From the NCBI GenBank assembly GCA_976551045.1, contig CDPCPM010000375.1, positions 868,001 through 932,000 on the forward strand: a stretch of 64,000 nucleotides of DNA, given 5' to 3'. Positions within the stretch are counted from its first letter, which is position 1. Each line of letters starts with the position of its first letter. Positions 1-12,200 of the stretch are shown here, piece by piece. A model generated the notes under the pieces. The model was given only the letters and a program-made list of their open reading frames with translations, made no database searches and was not told where the DNA came from. This DNA comes from Glaucostegus cemiculus (Eukaryota). A program made the position numbers and the translations under genes.

Positions 1-2456
1 TAGAACATGTAACTCCTTGACCTTTAGCATAGCCATGAAGAAAGATAGGAGCAGACATTATTGGAAAGTATTTAATTTGTGGGGGGTGGGTAGTGTGGAA
101 TTACAATGGTATTAGGCAAGAACTGGTTCTCTGGTAAATGTACAGCAGAAACATGAAGGTTGTTTAGGGACCACTTACGTGGGGTTTGAGATAGGTTTGT
201 CCCCCGAGACAAGGAAAGGATGGTAGGGTGAAGGAACCATGGTTAACAAAGAGAGGTGGAAGCTTTAGTCAAGAGGAAGGAAGCATATTTAAGGTTTAGG
301 AAGCAAAAACCAAATAGAGCTCTTGAGAGTTATAAGGTAGCCAGGAAGGAGCTTAAGAGGGGACTTAGAAGAGCTAGAAGAGGACATGAGAAGGCCATGG
401 CAAGTAGGGTTAAAGGAAAACCCTAAGGCATTTTACACATATGTGAGGAAGAAGAGGATGACTAGGGTGAGGGTAGGATCGCTCAGAGAAAAGGGGGGTA
501 AAATGTGTCTGAAGGAGGTAGGGGAGGTCCTAAATGGATATTTTGCTTCAATTGTCCACGAGGGAGAGGGACTTAGATGAATGTGACATTAGTGTAGAAC
601 AGGCAAATGTGCTGGAGCTCGTCAAGGTTAAGAAAGAAGCAAGGTTGGAGCTACTAAAAAGCATTAGGATAGATGTCCCCGCGGTCGGATAGGATATACC
701 CCAGGTTACTATGGGAAGCAAGGGAAGAGATTGCTGGAGTGTTAATAGTGATCTTTGAGTCCTCCCTGGCCACAGGGATGGTACCGGAGGATTGGAGGAT
801 GGCAAACGTTGTTCCATTGTTCAAGAAAGGTAAAAGGGAATTATAGACCAGTGAGTCTTGCATCAGTGGGGGAAAATTATTGGAGAGGATTCTTAGGGAC
901 AAGATTTATGAGCATTTGGAGAAGCATAGTCTTATTAGGCCTTGTGAAGGGCAGGTCATGCCTTGCAAGCCTAATAGTTTTTTTGAGGAAGTAACAAGAC
1001 AAAATGATGAAGGTTGTGTGATGGATGTGTGTATATGGATCTTAGCAAGTCGTTTGACAAGGATACCCCTTGCAGGCTCATTCAGAAAGTCACAATAAGA
1101 TAATATATCTTAACTAATCACATGTACATCGAAACACACAGTGAAATGCAGTAGAGTGCATAGAGTGTTCTGGGGGCAGCCCACAAGTGTTGCCACGCTT
1201 CCGGCGCCAACATAGCATGCCCACAACTTCCTAACCAGTAGGTCTTTGGAATGTGGGAGGAAACCAGCGCACTCAGAGGAAACCCGCAGACATGGGGAGA
1301 ACGTACAAACTCCTTACAAAGAGCAGCTGGAATTGAACCCGGGTCACTGGCGCTGTAAAGCGTTACGCTAACTGCTACACTACTGTGAGGTATAGGATCC
1401 ATGGAGAACTGGCTGTATGGATTTGAAATTGGCTTCCCCAGAGAAGGCAGAAGGTGGTTGTAGAAGGGGAGTTTTCCACCTGGAGGTTGGTGACTAGTGG
1501 TGTTCCTCAGGGATCTGTTCTGGAACCCCTGTTCTTTGTGATTTTTATATATGATTTGGATGAGGAAGTAAAAGAATGGGTTGGTAAGTTTGCAAATGAC
1601 ATGAAGGTTGGTGGTGTAGTAGATAGTGAAGAAGGTTGCCATAGGTTGCAACGGAATTTAGATAGGATGCAGAACTGGGCGGAGAAGTGGCAGATGGAGT
1701 TCAATCCAGAGAAGTGTGAAGTGATACACTTTGGAAGAACAAACTTGAAGGCAGAGTACATGGTTAATGGCAGGATTCTTAGCAGTGTGAAGGAACAGAG
1801 ATATCGCAGGGTCCAAGTACATAGATCCCTCAAAGTTGTTGCACATGTGGATAGGGCAGTTAAAAAGGCATATGGTGTGCTAGCCTTCATCAGCCAAGGG
1901 ATTGAGTTCGAGAGCTGAGAGGTAATGTTGGAGCCCTATAAGACTCTGGTTAGAGCGCAGTTGGAATATTGTACTCAGTTCTGGTCACCACATTATAGGA
2001 AGGATGTGGAAGCTTTCAAGAGGGTGCAGAGGAGATTTACAAGGATGCTACCTGGGTTGGACAGCATGTCTTATGAGGAGATGTGAAGCGAGTTAGGGCT
2101 TGGAGCAACTGGGGATGACAGGAGACTTGATAAAGGTATATATGATTATGAGAGGCATAGAAAGAGTGGTCAGCCAGCTTCTTTTCCCCAGGGTGGCAAT
2201 GGCCAATACTAGAAGTCACCTGTTTAAGGTGCATGGAGGAAAGTTCAGGGAGATGCCAGAGGCAGTTTTTTTACACAGACTGGTAAGGGCTGGTACGAAA
2301 GGATCATTTAAGAGACTATTAGATAGGCGTGTAGACAGAAGAAAAATAGAGGGTTATGGGAGGTGGAGAGGGGGATAGATTGAATGAGGATAAGGTTTAT
2401 ATTTGTTGACACAACATTGTGGGCCGAAGGGCCCATGCTGTGCTATACTGTTCTAT
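1..2456 (+). mobile_element. Degenerate CR1-clade LINE (ORF2 reverse transcriptase region plus 3' end), intronic, antisense to host gene
   Basis: Fragmented ORFs carry KENPKAFYTYV, GNYRPVSL, VTSGVPQGSVL...KFAND(=FADD)...WQMEFNPEKC and GDLIKVY motifs. It has frameshifts and stops and ends in a ...ctgttctatg tail. Confidence 0.9.
1095..1388 (-). mobile_element. tRNA-derived SINE (V-SINE/HE1-like) nested in the CR1 LINE
   Basis: Minus strand shows a tRNA-like head with B box (cgggttcaattcc), a gggtttcctc...ggtttcctcccacattccaaagac core and a ttatctta tail. It interrupts the LINE RT sequence. Confidence 0.85.
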
Positions 2457-2807
2457 GCTCTAATTTATCTTCTTTGATGCCTGAGTTAATTAAGAAATTT
2501 CTTCAAAGTTGACCTATTCCGATTGTATATCTTAACTAATTGGTGCAAGATATTCTTGAGTGACTTTTATGTCAGCTTTCTTAGTTTAATCTCAACACTT
2601 TACAACATTTGAATCACAGAAACAAGCTCCTTGGCCAACCACATCTATGCCGACCATTTTACTTATCCATACTTATCCATACCAGTTCCTCTATTCATTA
2701 ACACTCCCTAGGGCCCTTCCATTTACTGTATATGCTCTACTTTAATTTGGCCTCATAAAATGCAACACTGTATAAAATATGTTGCATAAAGTACTTGCTT
2801 TACTTAC

Positions 2808-2972
2808 CTTTGAATAATATGAGTTAGGCAAACTGATCTCCAGGTTGCGACTGCCATCATATTTCACTGACAGACCAAAATCTGTCTCAACTATTGTGTA
2901 GATACCATTTGTTATAACGTTTATCCCTTTCACATGACGTGGGATTGGTGTGCGGGTCCTTACTCCGTCCAG
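2808..2972 (-). CDS. Exon: middle part of the last visible VWD domain (LDGVRTRTP...[11 protein letters not shown]...YYSK)
   Basis: tag acceptor, gtaagt donor, 165 nt, phase 0-0, VWD TxFGLxVxxDG motif. Confidence 0.85.
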
Positions 2973-3255
2973 CTAGAAAAGAACATACTTTGTATGATAT
3001 AGACATCGTCAACTATGAAGAAACAGAACTATTTTACAACACTGAAAATAGATAAGATAAGATACTTATTAGTCACATGCACATCGAAACACACAGTGAA
3101 ATGCATCTTTTCGTATTACTGAGAATGTACTGGGGGCAGCCCTCAAGTGTCACCACTCTTACGGCACCAACATAGCATGCACACAGCTCCTAACAGGAGC
3201 ACCCGGAGGAAACCCACGCAGACACGGGGAAGAAAGAAAAAGAGAGGGAGAGAGA

Positions 3256-3296
<41 letters not shown>

Positions 3297-6200
3297 AGAG
3301 AGAGAGAGAGAGAGTGAGTGAGTGGTGAAATTGAACCCGGGTCACCAGTGCTGTAGTAGCATTACGCTGAACGCTACGCTACCATGCCAGGATTATTAAC
3401 ACAAGACATTATCCTCCTACTGAAACTCTACATTAGTTGGTAAAAAATGGATTTTGAAATAGCTTGTAGTGTAAAGCCAGTATCTGCATTTGCCAGCACT
3501 TTATAGAAACCGCATGGTTTTCACATTTTCTGACTTTAATGTAAATGAAAATGTTTTTAATGGCCTGCTGATCTACAATGCCATTTTGCAATCATAATTT
3601 GAAATCCTACTTCAAGTAACTTACTATTGTATTAGTTATATTTAGAGAACACCTCCTGCAGTGCCTATGTTTTGTGCTTGAATGGTAGAAAACAGATCTG
3701 ATTTACTGTGTTTCTAATCAATTTAGGATATAATCTGCACAATGCCACCACACAGATATTGATTCACATTTTTGGCTGGTGACATGTACGCAGGCTGGAT
3801 CATGGAGAACTGAATGGAAATCCTTTGATTAATTAACTAGTACTGAATTATCAGTCTCATTCAGAAACTAAGCAATGGTTTCTTTGAGAAACAGAGGTGA
3901 TCATATTGCAGGAATTGCGGTTACTCTTCCAAGGTTGGGAATGAGAAGAATGATCCTTATGTGGCATTTACCCGAGCTTTACAGCTTCTTTGAACAACAA
4001 TACAAAAATGGTTGCCCAATATAGAAAGTGTTTCATTCACTGCCAAGAGAATTCTTCACTTAATGCACTTAATAATGCACCTCACTTAATCCTTAACTAG
4101 TTGGAGAGGGTGCAGAGGAGATTTACCAGGATGCTGCCTAGTCTAGAGAGTATGGATTATGAGGAGAGACTAAAGGAGCTAGGGCTGTTCTCATTGGAGA
4201 GGAGGAGGATGAGGGGGAGACATGATAGAGGTATACATGATATTGAGAGGAATAGATAGAGTGGACAGCCAGTGCCTCTTACCCAGGGTGCCAATGCTCA
4301 AAACAAGAGGACATAGCTTTAAGGTATTGGGTGGGAAGTTCAAGGGTGATGTCAGAAGGAGATTTTTCACCCAGAGAGTGGTTGGTGCATCGAATGCGCT
4401 GCCTGGGGTGGTGGTGGAGGCTGCTACATTGGAAAAGTTCAAGAGATTGTTAGATAAGCATATGGAGGAATTTAAGATAAAGGGATACATGGGAGGAAGG
4501 GGTTATATAGTCTTAGGTGTGGTTTGAAGGGTGGCACAACATGGTGGGCCTGTATTGTGCTGTATTGTTCTATGGTAATGCACATAATAATTACACAAAG
4601 CTAAAGAAAAAAAATCAAAGAGCTGGTACAAATGAAACCTCTTATTGTACAGCAATTGTACAGCATTGTACACCACATTTTCCCTTACCAAGTTCCTCCT
4701 GTTTCTCTGTAGTGTAAGGCGAACACCATACACATCTATGTAGATCTCTCTCAAATAAGGTGAAGGATGTTGTCCTTGTCCTTCATTTAATATGCTGATG
4801 CTGATAGGGATCACACTGCTGTTGTCACACGCTTTCACCAGGGTGTATGCACAAGTGCCCGAGAATGAGTACATGATTTTATCGAAGGTATAATAGTGAG
4901 TACCACTAGTAACATGGCAGGATGCACTTCCTAGATGATAATAATAATACAATGAAATTCTGAACAATGCTTATTGTGCTGAAGTAACATTTTGCTGCTA
5001 GGTACATAGTACTGCAACAAGCATTGATTCTCTATTAAAAAAAATATCTCAGATTCTCCAAGCTGAAATGCATCTCCCTGGGCGTTAATACCTCTCAGAT
5101 GCTTTTCTCCAAACATAACTGTTGACAGTGCAAGCAAAAGGGAAATTCAACCATTCTGGTCATCACAGACCAGCTGTCTCCCTACACTGAATTTCTATTC
5201 ACATATTCATATTTTGTAGGCTTAAAAATTCCCAAAATGATTACAGAGAGAGATGCAGCATGGAAGCAGGCTCTTCAGCCAAATGAGTCTGAGCTGAGCA
5301 TCAGGCACCCATTATTACACTACTCCTACCCTAACTCATTTTACTATCCCTACATTCCAATCAATTCCACCCAGATTCTACCACTGGGGCAATTTACAGC
5401 TGCTGGTTAACCTACAACCCACAAATCTGTGAGATCTGGGAGGAAGCCGGAGCACCTGGAGGAAACCCATGCGGTCACAGGGGGTACGTGCAAACTTCAC
5501 ACACTCAGTATCAGAGGTCAGGACTGAACCAGGGTTGAGGGAGCTGTGAGCCAGTGGCTCTATCAGCTGTACCACTGTGCTGTCCACTAAACTCCCCTGA
5601 ATGCTTAGGGGCCAACACCACTGAAGCAGAATAGAATATAGAACATAGAAAATCTACAGCACAGTTCAGGCCCTTCAGCCCACAAAGCTGTGCCAAACAG
5701 GTCCCTACCTTAGAAATTACTAGGCTTACCCATAGCCCTTTATTTTTCTAAGCTCCATGTACCTATCCACAAGTCCCTTAAAAGACCCTATCGTATCCAT
5801 CTCCACCACCGTTGCTGGCAGCCCATTCCACACACTTACCACTCTCTGAGTAAAAAACTTACCCCCTGACATTTCCTCTGTACCTACTCCCTAGCACCTT
5901 AAACCTGTGACCTCTTGTGGCCACCATTTCAGCCCTGGGAAAAAGCCTCTGACTATCCACACGATCAATGCCTCTCATCATCTTGTACACCTCTATCAGG
6001 TCACCCCTCATCCTCCGTCATTCCAAGAATTATAGTAATGGTGTGGGAAACTAGAAAATGAAGGTGAGAACATGATATGGGTGGTCCCTTTCAATTCAAT
6101 ACAGATTGCTTTCTGGAATCACACTGGATAGCTGTTAGAAACATTGTTCATGTTTGCTTTCCCTTGGGATGGATGCTGAAGGAGACTGTAATACTTCCAA

Positions 6201-9200
6201 TGCTGCCTTAACTAGTCATCTCACTACAACTTCTAAACAAGGAAAATGGAATTAAGGAACACACTAGGTAGTACATTTTTACCAGTAAATAGAAAATCTG
6301 AACTCAAAGCAACTTTCAGGTTTCAATGTCTGTTACATCTTGACTTTTCACAAATGTAATGATCCAGAGGGTCCCACTAATGTTGGGTATCACTTACCCA
6401 ACTGCAGATCAGTACTTCACTCTCTTGTAAAATTACTAACCTGCCATCTGACAGCCGAGCTCTCCATCCCACCTTTCACATTTCTCATGCATTCCACACT
6501 TCCATGCTGTACAGACAGTGATGTTTTTGCCCAAGCATGTACAACGCTCAGTGCAGTTTTCTCTTGTGAACCAGCTTTCAAACGTCTGAAAAAAAATCAA
6601 CCAAGATGACACTGTTAAAGGAAATGGTTTAATGTGAGAAATAGCCAAGTTGTGACAACGAAATTACGGCCTATTATAGCACATCTTCTTACTCTCCACT
6701 GTTAACTAATTAGAAGAGTAGGCAGCCTGGCAATCATATGATTTATTTATAGTTCATTTCACTTTATTAACCAGACAGTGATTTTGGCTTTGCTTTTGTT
6801 TTCTCCATCTCTTCAAATATAAAGGAAATTCAAACCAAGAAGCTTGTTCCCACAACACAGTGAAAACACAGCATAGGACAGACAAAAGTTTGTGAACATG
6901 ATCAGAGTAAAATTGCAACCATTTCTGAGCTCTGAGTGTAGGTACCATTGTAGCATTTGTCAGTGCTGGAAGTGTGGTTCCAGTGTGAAATTCACCCCAA
7001 TAACCTTAGCAACAATACAATGCCAAATTTTTGGATTCCAATGTGATTTTCAATTTCATTGGCTCAGAATAGGATAGTCTTTGTTTACTCACAGAACAAC
7101 TAAGCTTTACTAAAGCAATTTCTCCTGCATCATGCTACTTAAAGTCCAACACAGTACAAAAAAACTGCATTCTTTACTAGGATGTTCCACACAACACTCT
7201 TAAGCCACACTACTTACGTAGACTGAAATGTATGGATACCTATCCACCAGTATGGAAGAGAATAAAACCTAACTCTGAACTTAAGCTGGAGATTCCATTC
7301 TAAAGCTCGGGGAAAGAGCTCTTCACAAGATTGAGGTGGTGCATACAAACAGAATGCACCTGAAATTGTTTGCAAGGAGGTGTAGGATTCCAGTGTTATT
7401 CTGAAAAGGTTACCTTTAGTTCATCCTGCAGCTTGACGTGGGAGACTGGATTAGAGGATTTTCCCATGGCTTCACCCCAGTCATGCCCTCCCTCCCCCAA
7501 CTTCCTCTGGATGTTCACCCTCAACCACCCCAAACAACTGCTGGAATTTAAAAAATCATGCAAAATCAGTGGATTCCTAGAATAACCTTTCAATTCTTTT
7601 TCAGATGTAGATTGGTCAGCATTGCATTTTGAGCATGATTTGTTTACATTCATTTACATGATTATACCAGGCACATGCATTTACCTGATAATATTTGTTG
7701 TTATATGCACAGCCACACTGACTGCTTGGAATACATTTGTCCACACTCAGAATGTATCCAGGGTCACAGAAGCATCCTTCAACAGTTGGTACAAGACAGC
7801 TATTAGGTGCAGATTGGTCCATACAGGTAGCAGGACAACCAGTCCCACACGTCTCATAATGACTACCAACAGGACAGGTCAATGCTAAAGAAAACAGAGA
7901 TAAATAGCAATCAAATGGCAATATTCAAATTATTTATGTAGCCATATGACATCTTGTGTAGTGCTCTAACATCTCACTTGTGTGGTTTATGTTACATAGA
8001 TGAGCAGCACATATCCTTCTGGCTATATTGTCAGGTTCAATTGTTCAATTTTCTGAGGAATGATGAATGGAGTTGAACATGATGCAATTACTGAAGAAGC
8101 AGCAGAACCTAATTTAACCCAGAACAATTCCTACAGCAATGTCCAAGGCCTCAAATGATAAGCATCTAATATCCAAAACCTTCCTTCTTTTGTGGTATGA
8201 TTCGATCCAGTAAAGTGATATAACCCTAGATTTCCAGACTTTCTGGAACTCCTTGCTACCATATTTGATAATGTTTTACCTTAGATCTCAAGGGCAATCA
8301 TTCTCAAGTCCATTCAATTCCTTAAATCATATTGGGATCAAGGTTTGGAACTGTGTGGCAAAACAGACACTAAGCATTGGTGAGCAGGCTGTGATAACAC
8401 TGTCAATGACTGCTTCCATTACTTTTCTAACATTACTGAATAGGCTGAGAGAATGTTAATTGACTTTTTTTTGCTTTTTTGGACAGGTTAAACTTGAGCA
8501 ATGAACCGCAAAATACAACTTACAGCATAATGTATTGTTTCTCCATTCTATACATACTCCTGCTTGAGCACATAAGTCAGCGTAGGTCTGCAGGGCAAAG
8601 CAAAGTGTTGCCGACTGCTCTCCATCCATGCACATATCATAAACACAGTTATCAAAGTAATTCGTGGGAGGAACTTTAGCATGGCATTCTTTAAACAATC
8701 CTAAAAAGACACAGGAAAGATAAAGAAAGTTATATTCTGAAATAAAAATATTTTAAATGTAAATAGTAGGATTGAGAAAATTATTCCAGACAAGCAACTT
8801 TTGAAGTTAAAGATGCAAAGCCAGTGAGATGTGTTGGGAACATGTCGTAGAATGATCCTGTGCCTTATTTGAATTTTGAAAAATAGAACTGTTTTTATTG
8901 CTTTAAGGTTTAATCCCTTTGATTGCACTAAACTAGCTAATCAGTTCTCATGCACACATTATTATTTTGCACTTTCTCTTCTAATGCATTGCTCATACTG
9001 GGAATAACTTGAGCCAAAATTTTGTTTCTCAGATTCCATCAGGTGTGAGGGGAGTCAGTGATTATGTAATGTTCTGAATCTTATAAAGTGAGATATAAAT
9101 CCAAGTTATTTCTTCCTTCATATTGTGCTTCAACACTGGAATTAGATTATAGCTTTCAGCCACTCTTGGAACACAATTTTTCTACTATTTAAGTAATCCT

Positions 9201-12200
9201 ATTTTTAAAATTTCAGCCAGTAATTTGTGTTCAAATATCTATGACTCTGTAAATATAATTATCCAAATCCCTCAGTTAGATTCTACCAACGTGATGAAGG
9301 GTTGAGCGAGCTGGGGCTTTTCTCTGTGGAGCATAGGAGGATGAGAGGCGACTTGATAGAGGTGTACAAGATTGAGGGGCGTAGATAGAGTGAACAGCCA
9401 GCACCTTTTTCCCAGGGTGGCAGTGGCCAATACCAGAGGACATCCGATTAAGGTAAGTGGAGGAAAGTTTAGGGGAGATGTCAGAGGTGCTTTTTTAACA
9501 CAGAGAGTGGTGGGTGCCTGGAACACACTGCCGGGGGTGGGGGTAGAGGCTGATACAATAGGGACGTTTAAGAGACTCTTAGATTGGCACAAGGATGTAA
9601 GAAAAGTGGAGAGTTATGGGCTGTGTAGGAGGGAAGGGTTAGGTTGATTGTGGAGTAGGTTTATAAAGGTTGGCACAATATCGTGAGCCAAAGGCCCCAT
9701 ACTGTGCTGTACTGTTCTATGTTGTATGTAACATATTTGCACACATTCATTATTCTGCATGGAAACCATCTGCATCCCTCAATTAGAATTCATCAGTCTA
9801 TGGCTCATTTTCTATTTTCTCATGAAATCTCTTGTCCTTTCCATTACTAAGGAGCATGTCTTGCCATATTCAGAATGCACAGCATTTTACAATGGGTAAA
9901 ATATGTACTGAAAGGCAATAAGCAGCTGTGGAATAAAGAAGTTTCTTAAAGTAAATTGCATTCCACTATTAACAGTTTGAAACCATTATGGGAATCACCC
10001 ATCCGTCACTCTTATTTACATTTTCTGTTTTAACTGCTTATTTAATTTTTTAAATTAGGCAGCAGATGTGTACCTGTTGGATCTGTAATCATTCCACAAG
10101 CAGTAACTTTTTCTGCATTTTCCATTACTTCTGGATCACATTTAAAGCTACTCCCACCATGATTGCACCTGCATTTGCAAATATATAAAATTATTAGAAT
10201 AAGAAATATGAAATTAGATGAGACATGATCTGAGCCCATTCTTCTATCATCTACATCTTCCTTCACCTCTGTAATTTTGCCTATCTCTCATTTTATTTCA
10301 CCAGATTCTCTGTTGGAATATCCTTATAATTCTTTGTCAGCTCCAGGTTCTTGTATGACAAAACATTATATGCTACCTTCTATTATTGTCACTTCATAAA
10401 CTACAAAATCCAAAAGTCTCATATCTCACCCTATTGTGAATAGGACTCGTAATGTCCCTACAGACCTGAAAGTTCACAATGACTTTACAAATATCATTGT
10501 CATTGAATTTCTCCATGGTCCTTCCTAGTTCTACCTCCATAATCTCCTCACCCCAACTCCCATTTTATTTCTCTATTTATTGGATTTTGGCAATTTGTTC
10601 TTAATCCCTATTCTCCTGCCTTACTCCAGTTCATTTGTCATCAAGTTTCATTCTGGAATTTCTTCCCTTTAATCCCCTTTCTTTTAAAATCCTCTTTAAA
10701 TTCATCCTTTTCAAATTTTACACCTATTTTAATCTTCCATCTTGGCAATGGCAATAGTTTTCTTCACAGGTCTCTGAAATGCCCTGAAACGTTACCCATG
10801 TTGGAGAAGCTAAATAAAGCTTCAGGTTGAGCCTAGAATTTGGTAAACATGGATAATTAGAAGCAGGAACAATAACTATAGCCACTTATTCTCTTGCCCA
10901 AGGGGCCTGTTGTTAATTGTGTTCTTTATGGAATGCAATGGTTGAAAATGGCTCACTAACCCCTTCTCAGGGTAGCTGGGAATGGATAAATGTTGGTTTA
11001 CTCATGATACCTACATTCCAAGAATGCTTGTTAGTTCCAAAGGGTGATAATTAATACTTACTCGGTCTCTCCATTATGCACTTGCCAACTCTCTCCAAGC
11101 ATATTAGAATCTGCTGCAAGGCTGCCATTAGGCATCATAATGTCATCATTAAGGTCACCATTGTAGTTACCTAAATCATACAAAAAACAGTTTCTATAGA
11201 TACTTTGTTATTTGCTCCTTTCTTGATGACTGTATTGAGGCATGTTAGTGCAGAGGGCAGGCACGGTAGTGTAGTGGCAGGCACGGCAGTGTGGCAGTTA
11301 GCGTAACACTTCACAGCGCCAGCAACCTGGGTTCAATTCTGGCTACTGTCTGTAAGGAGTTTGTATGTTCTCCCCATGTCTGTGTGGGTTTCCTCCGGGT
11401 GCTCCAGTTTCCTCCCACATTCCAAAGACACATGGGTTAGGAAATTGTGGGCGTGCTATGTTGGCTATATATATTTTGATGTACATGTGACAAACAAAGT
11501 TATCTTATCTTATCTACTGTGACAACATCTTTTCCATTTCTAATGCTTCTAATAATGCTGCTGAAACTGCCTCAATCTACAAGTGAATACATCATCAACA
11601 GAGTAACTCAAAATAGTTTTCTTTGCACTAGCTGGAATATAACATCCGCTGGTGCAAAATAAGCCTTTGAGTCAAAGAATAATACAGCATAGAAACAGAA
11701 CCTTCAGCCCTCCATGTTATTGGTAAAGTGAAAAGCTTTTGTTTGCGTGCCATTCAAACAGATCTCTCATTCTACCTCGTCATGGCCCTTGCACTTTACT
11801 TGTCTTCCTGCACTGCACCTTCTCTGTAGCTGTAACACCATATTCTACATTCTGTTTTCCCCCCCTTTTGTACTACCTTGATTAGTTATGTATGGAATGA
11901 TCTGTCTGGATGGCAGGAAAACAAAGTTTTTCACTGTAGCTCAGTACATGTGAAAATAATAATAGACCAATTACGAAAAGTAACATAAGGAAATATCTTT
12001 GCATAGCAAGTGATTATGTTCTGCAAAAGTAATTGAAAAAAGAGTGTGTGCAGGTACACAAGGTTTAAGGAGTGGGACTAACTGGACTGCACTTCCGTAG
12101 AACTGGCACGGACTCGACCTTGCGTGCTCTAGCTATTTCAGGATTGTGATTCTGTGAAATTATTTGCAATAATTGTGAAAACCAGGATAGAGGTTAAAAA

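Noticed and set aside
1454-1918. Reverse transcriptase ORF as a functional or domesticated gene
   Set aside because: It is a fragment of a frameshifted CR1 with the catalytic FADD mutated to FAND.
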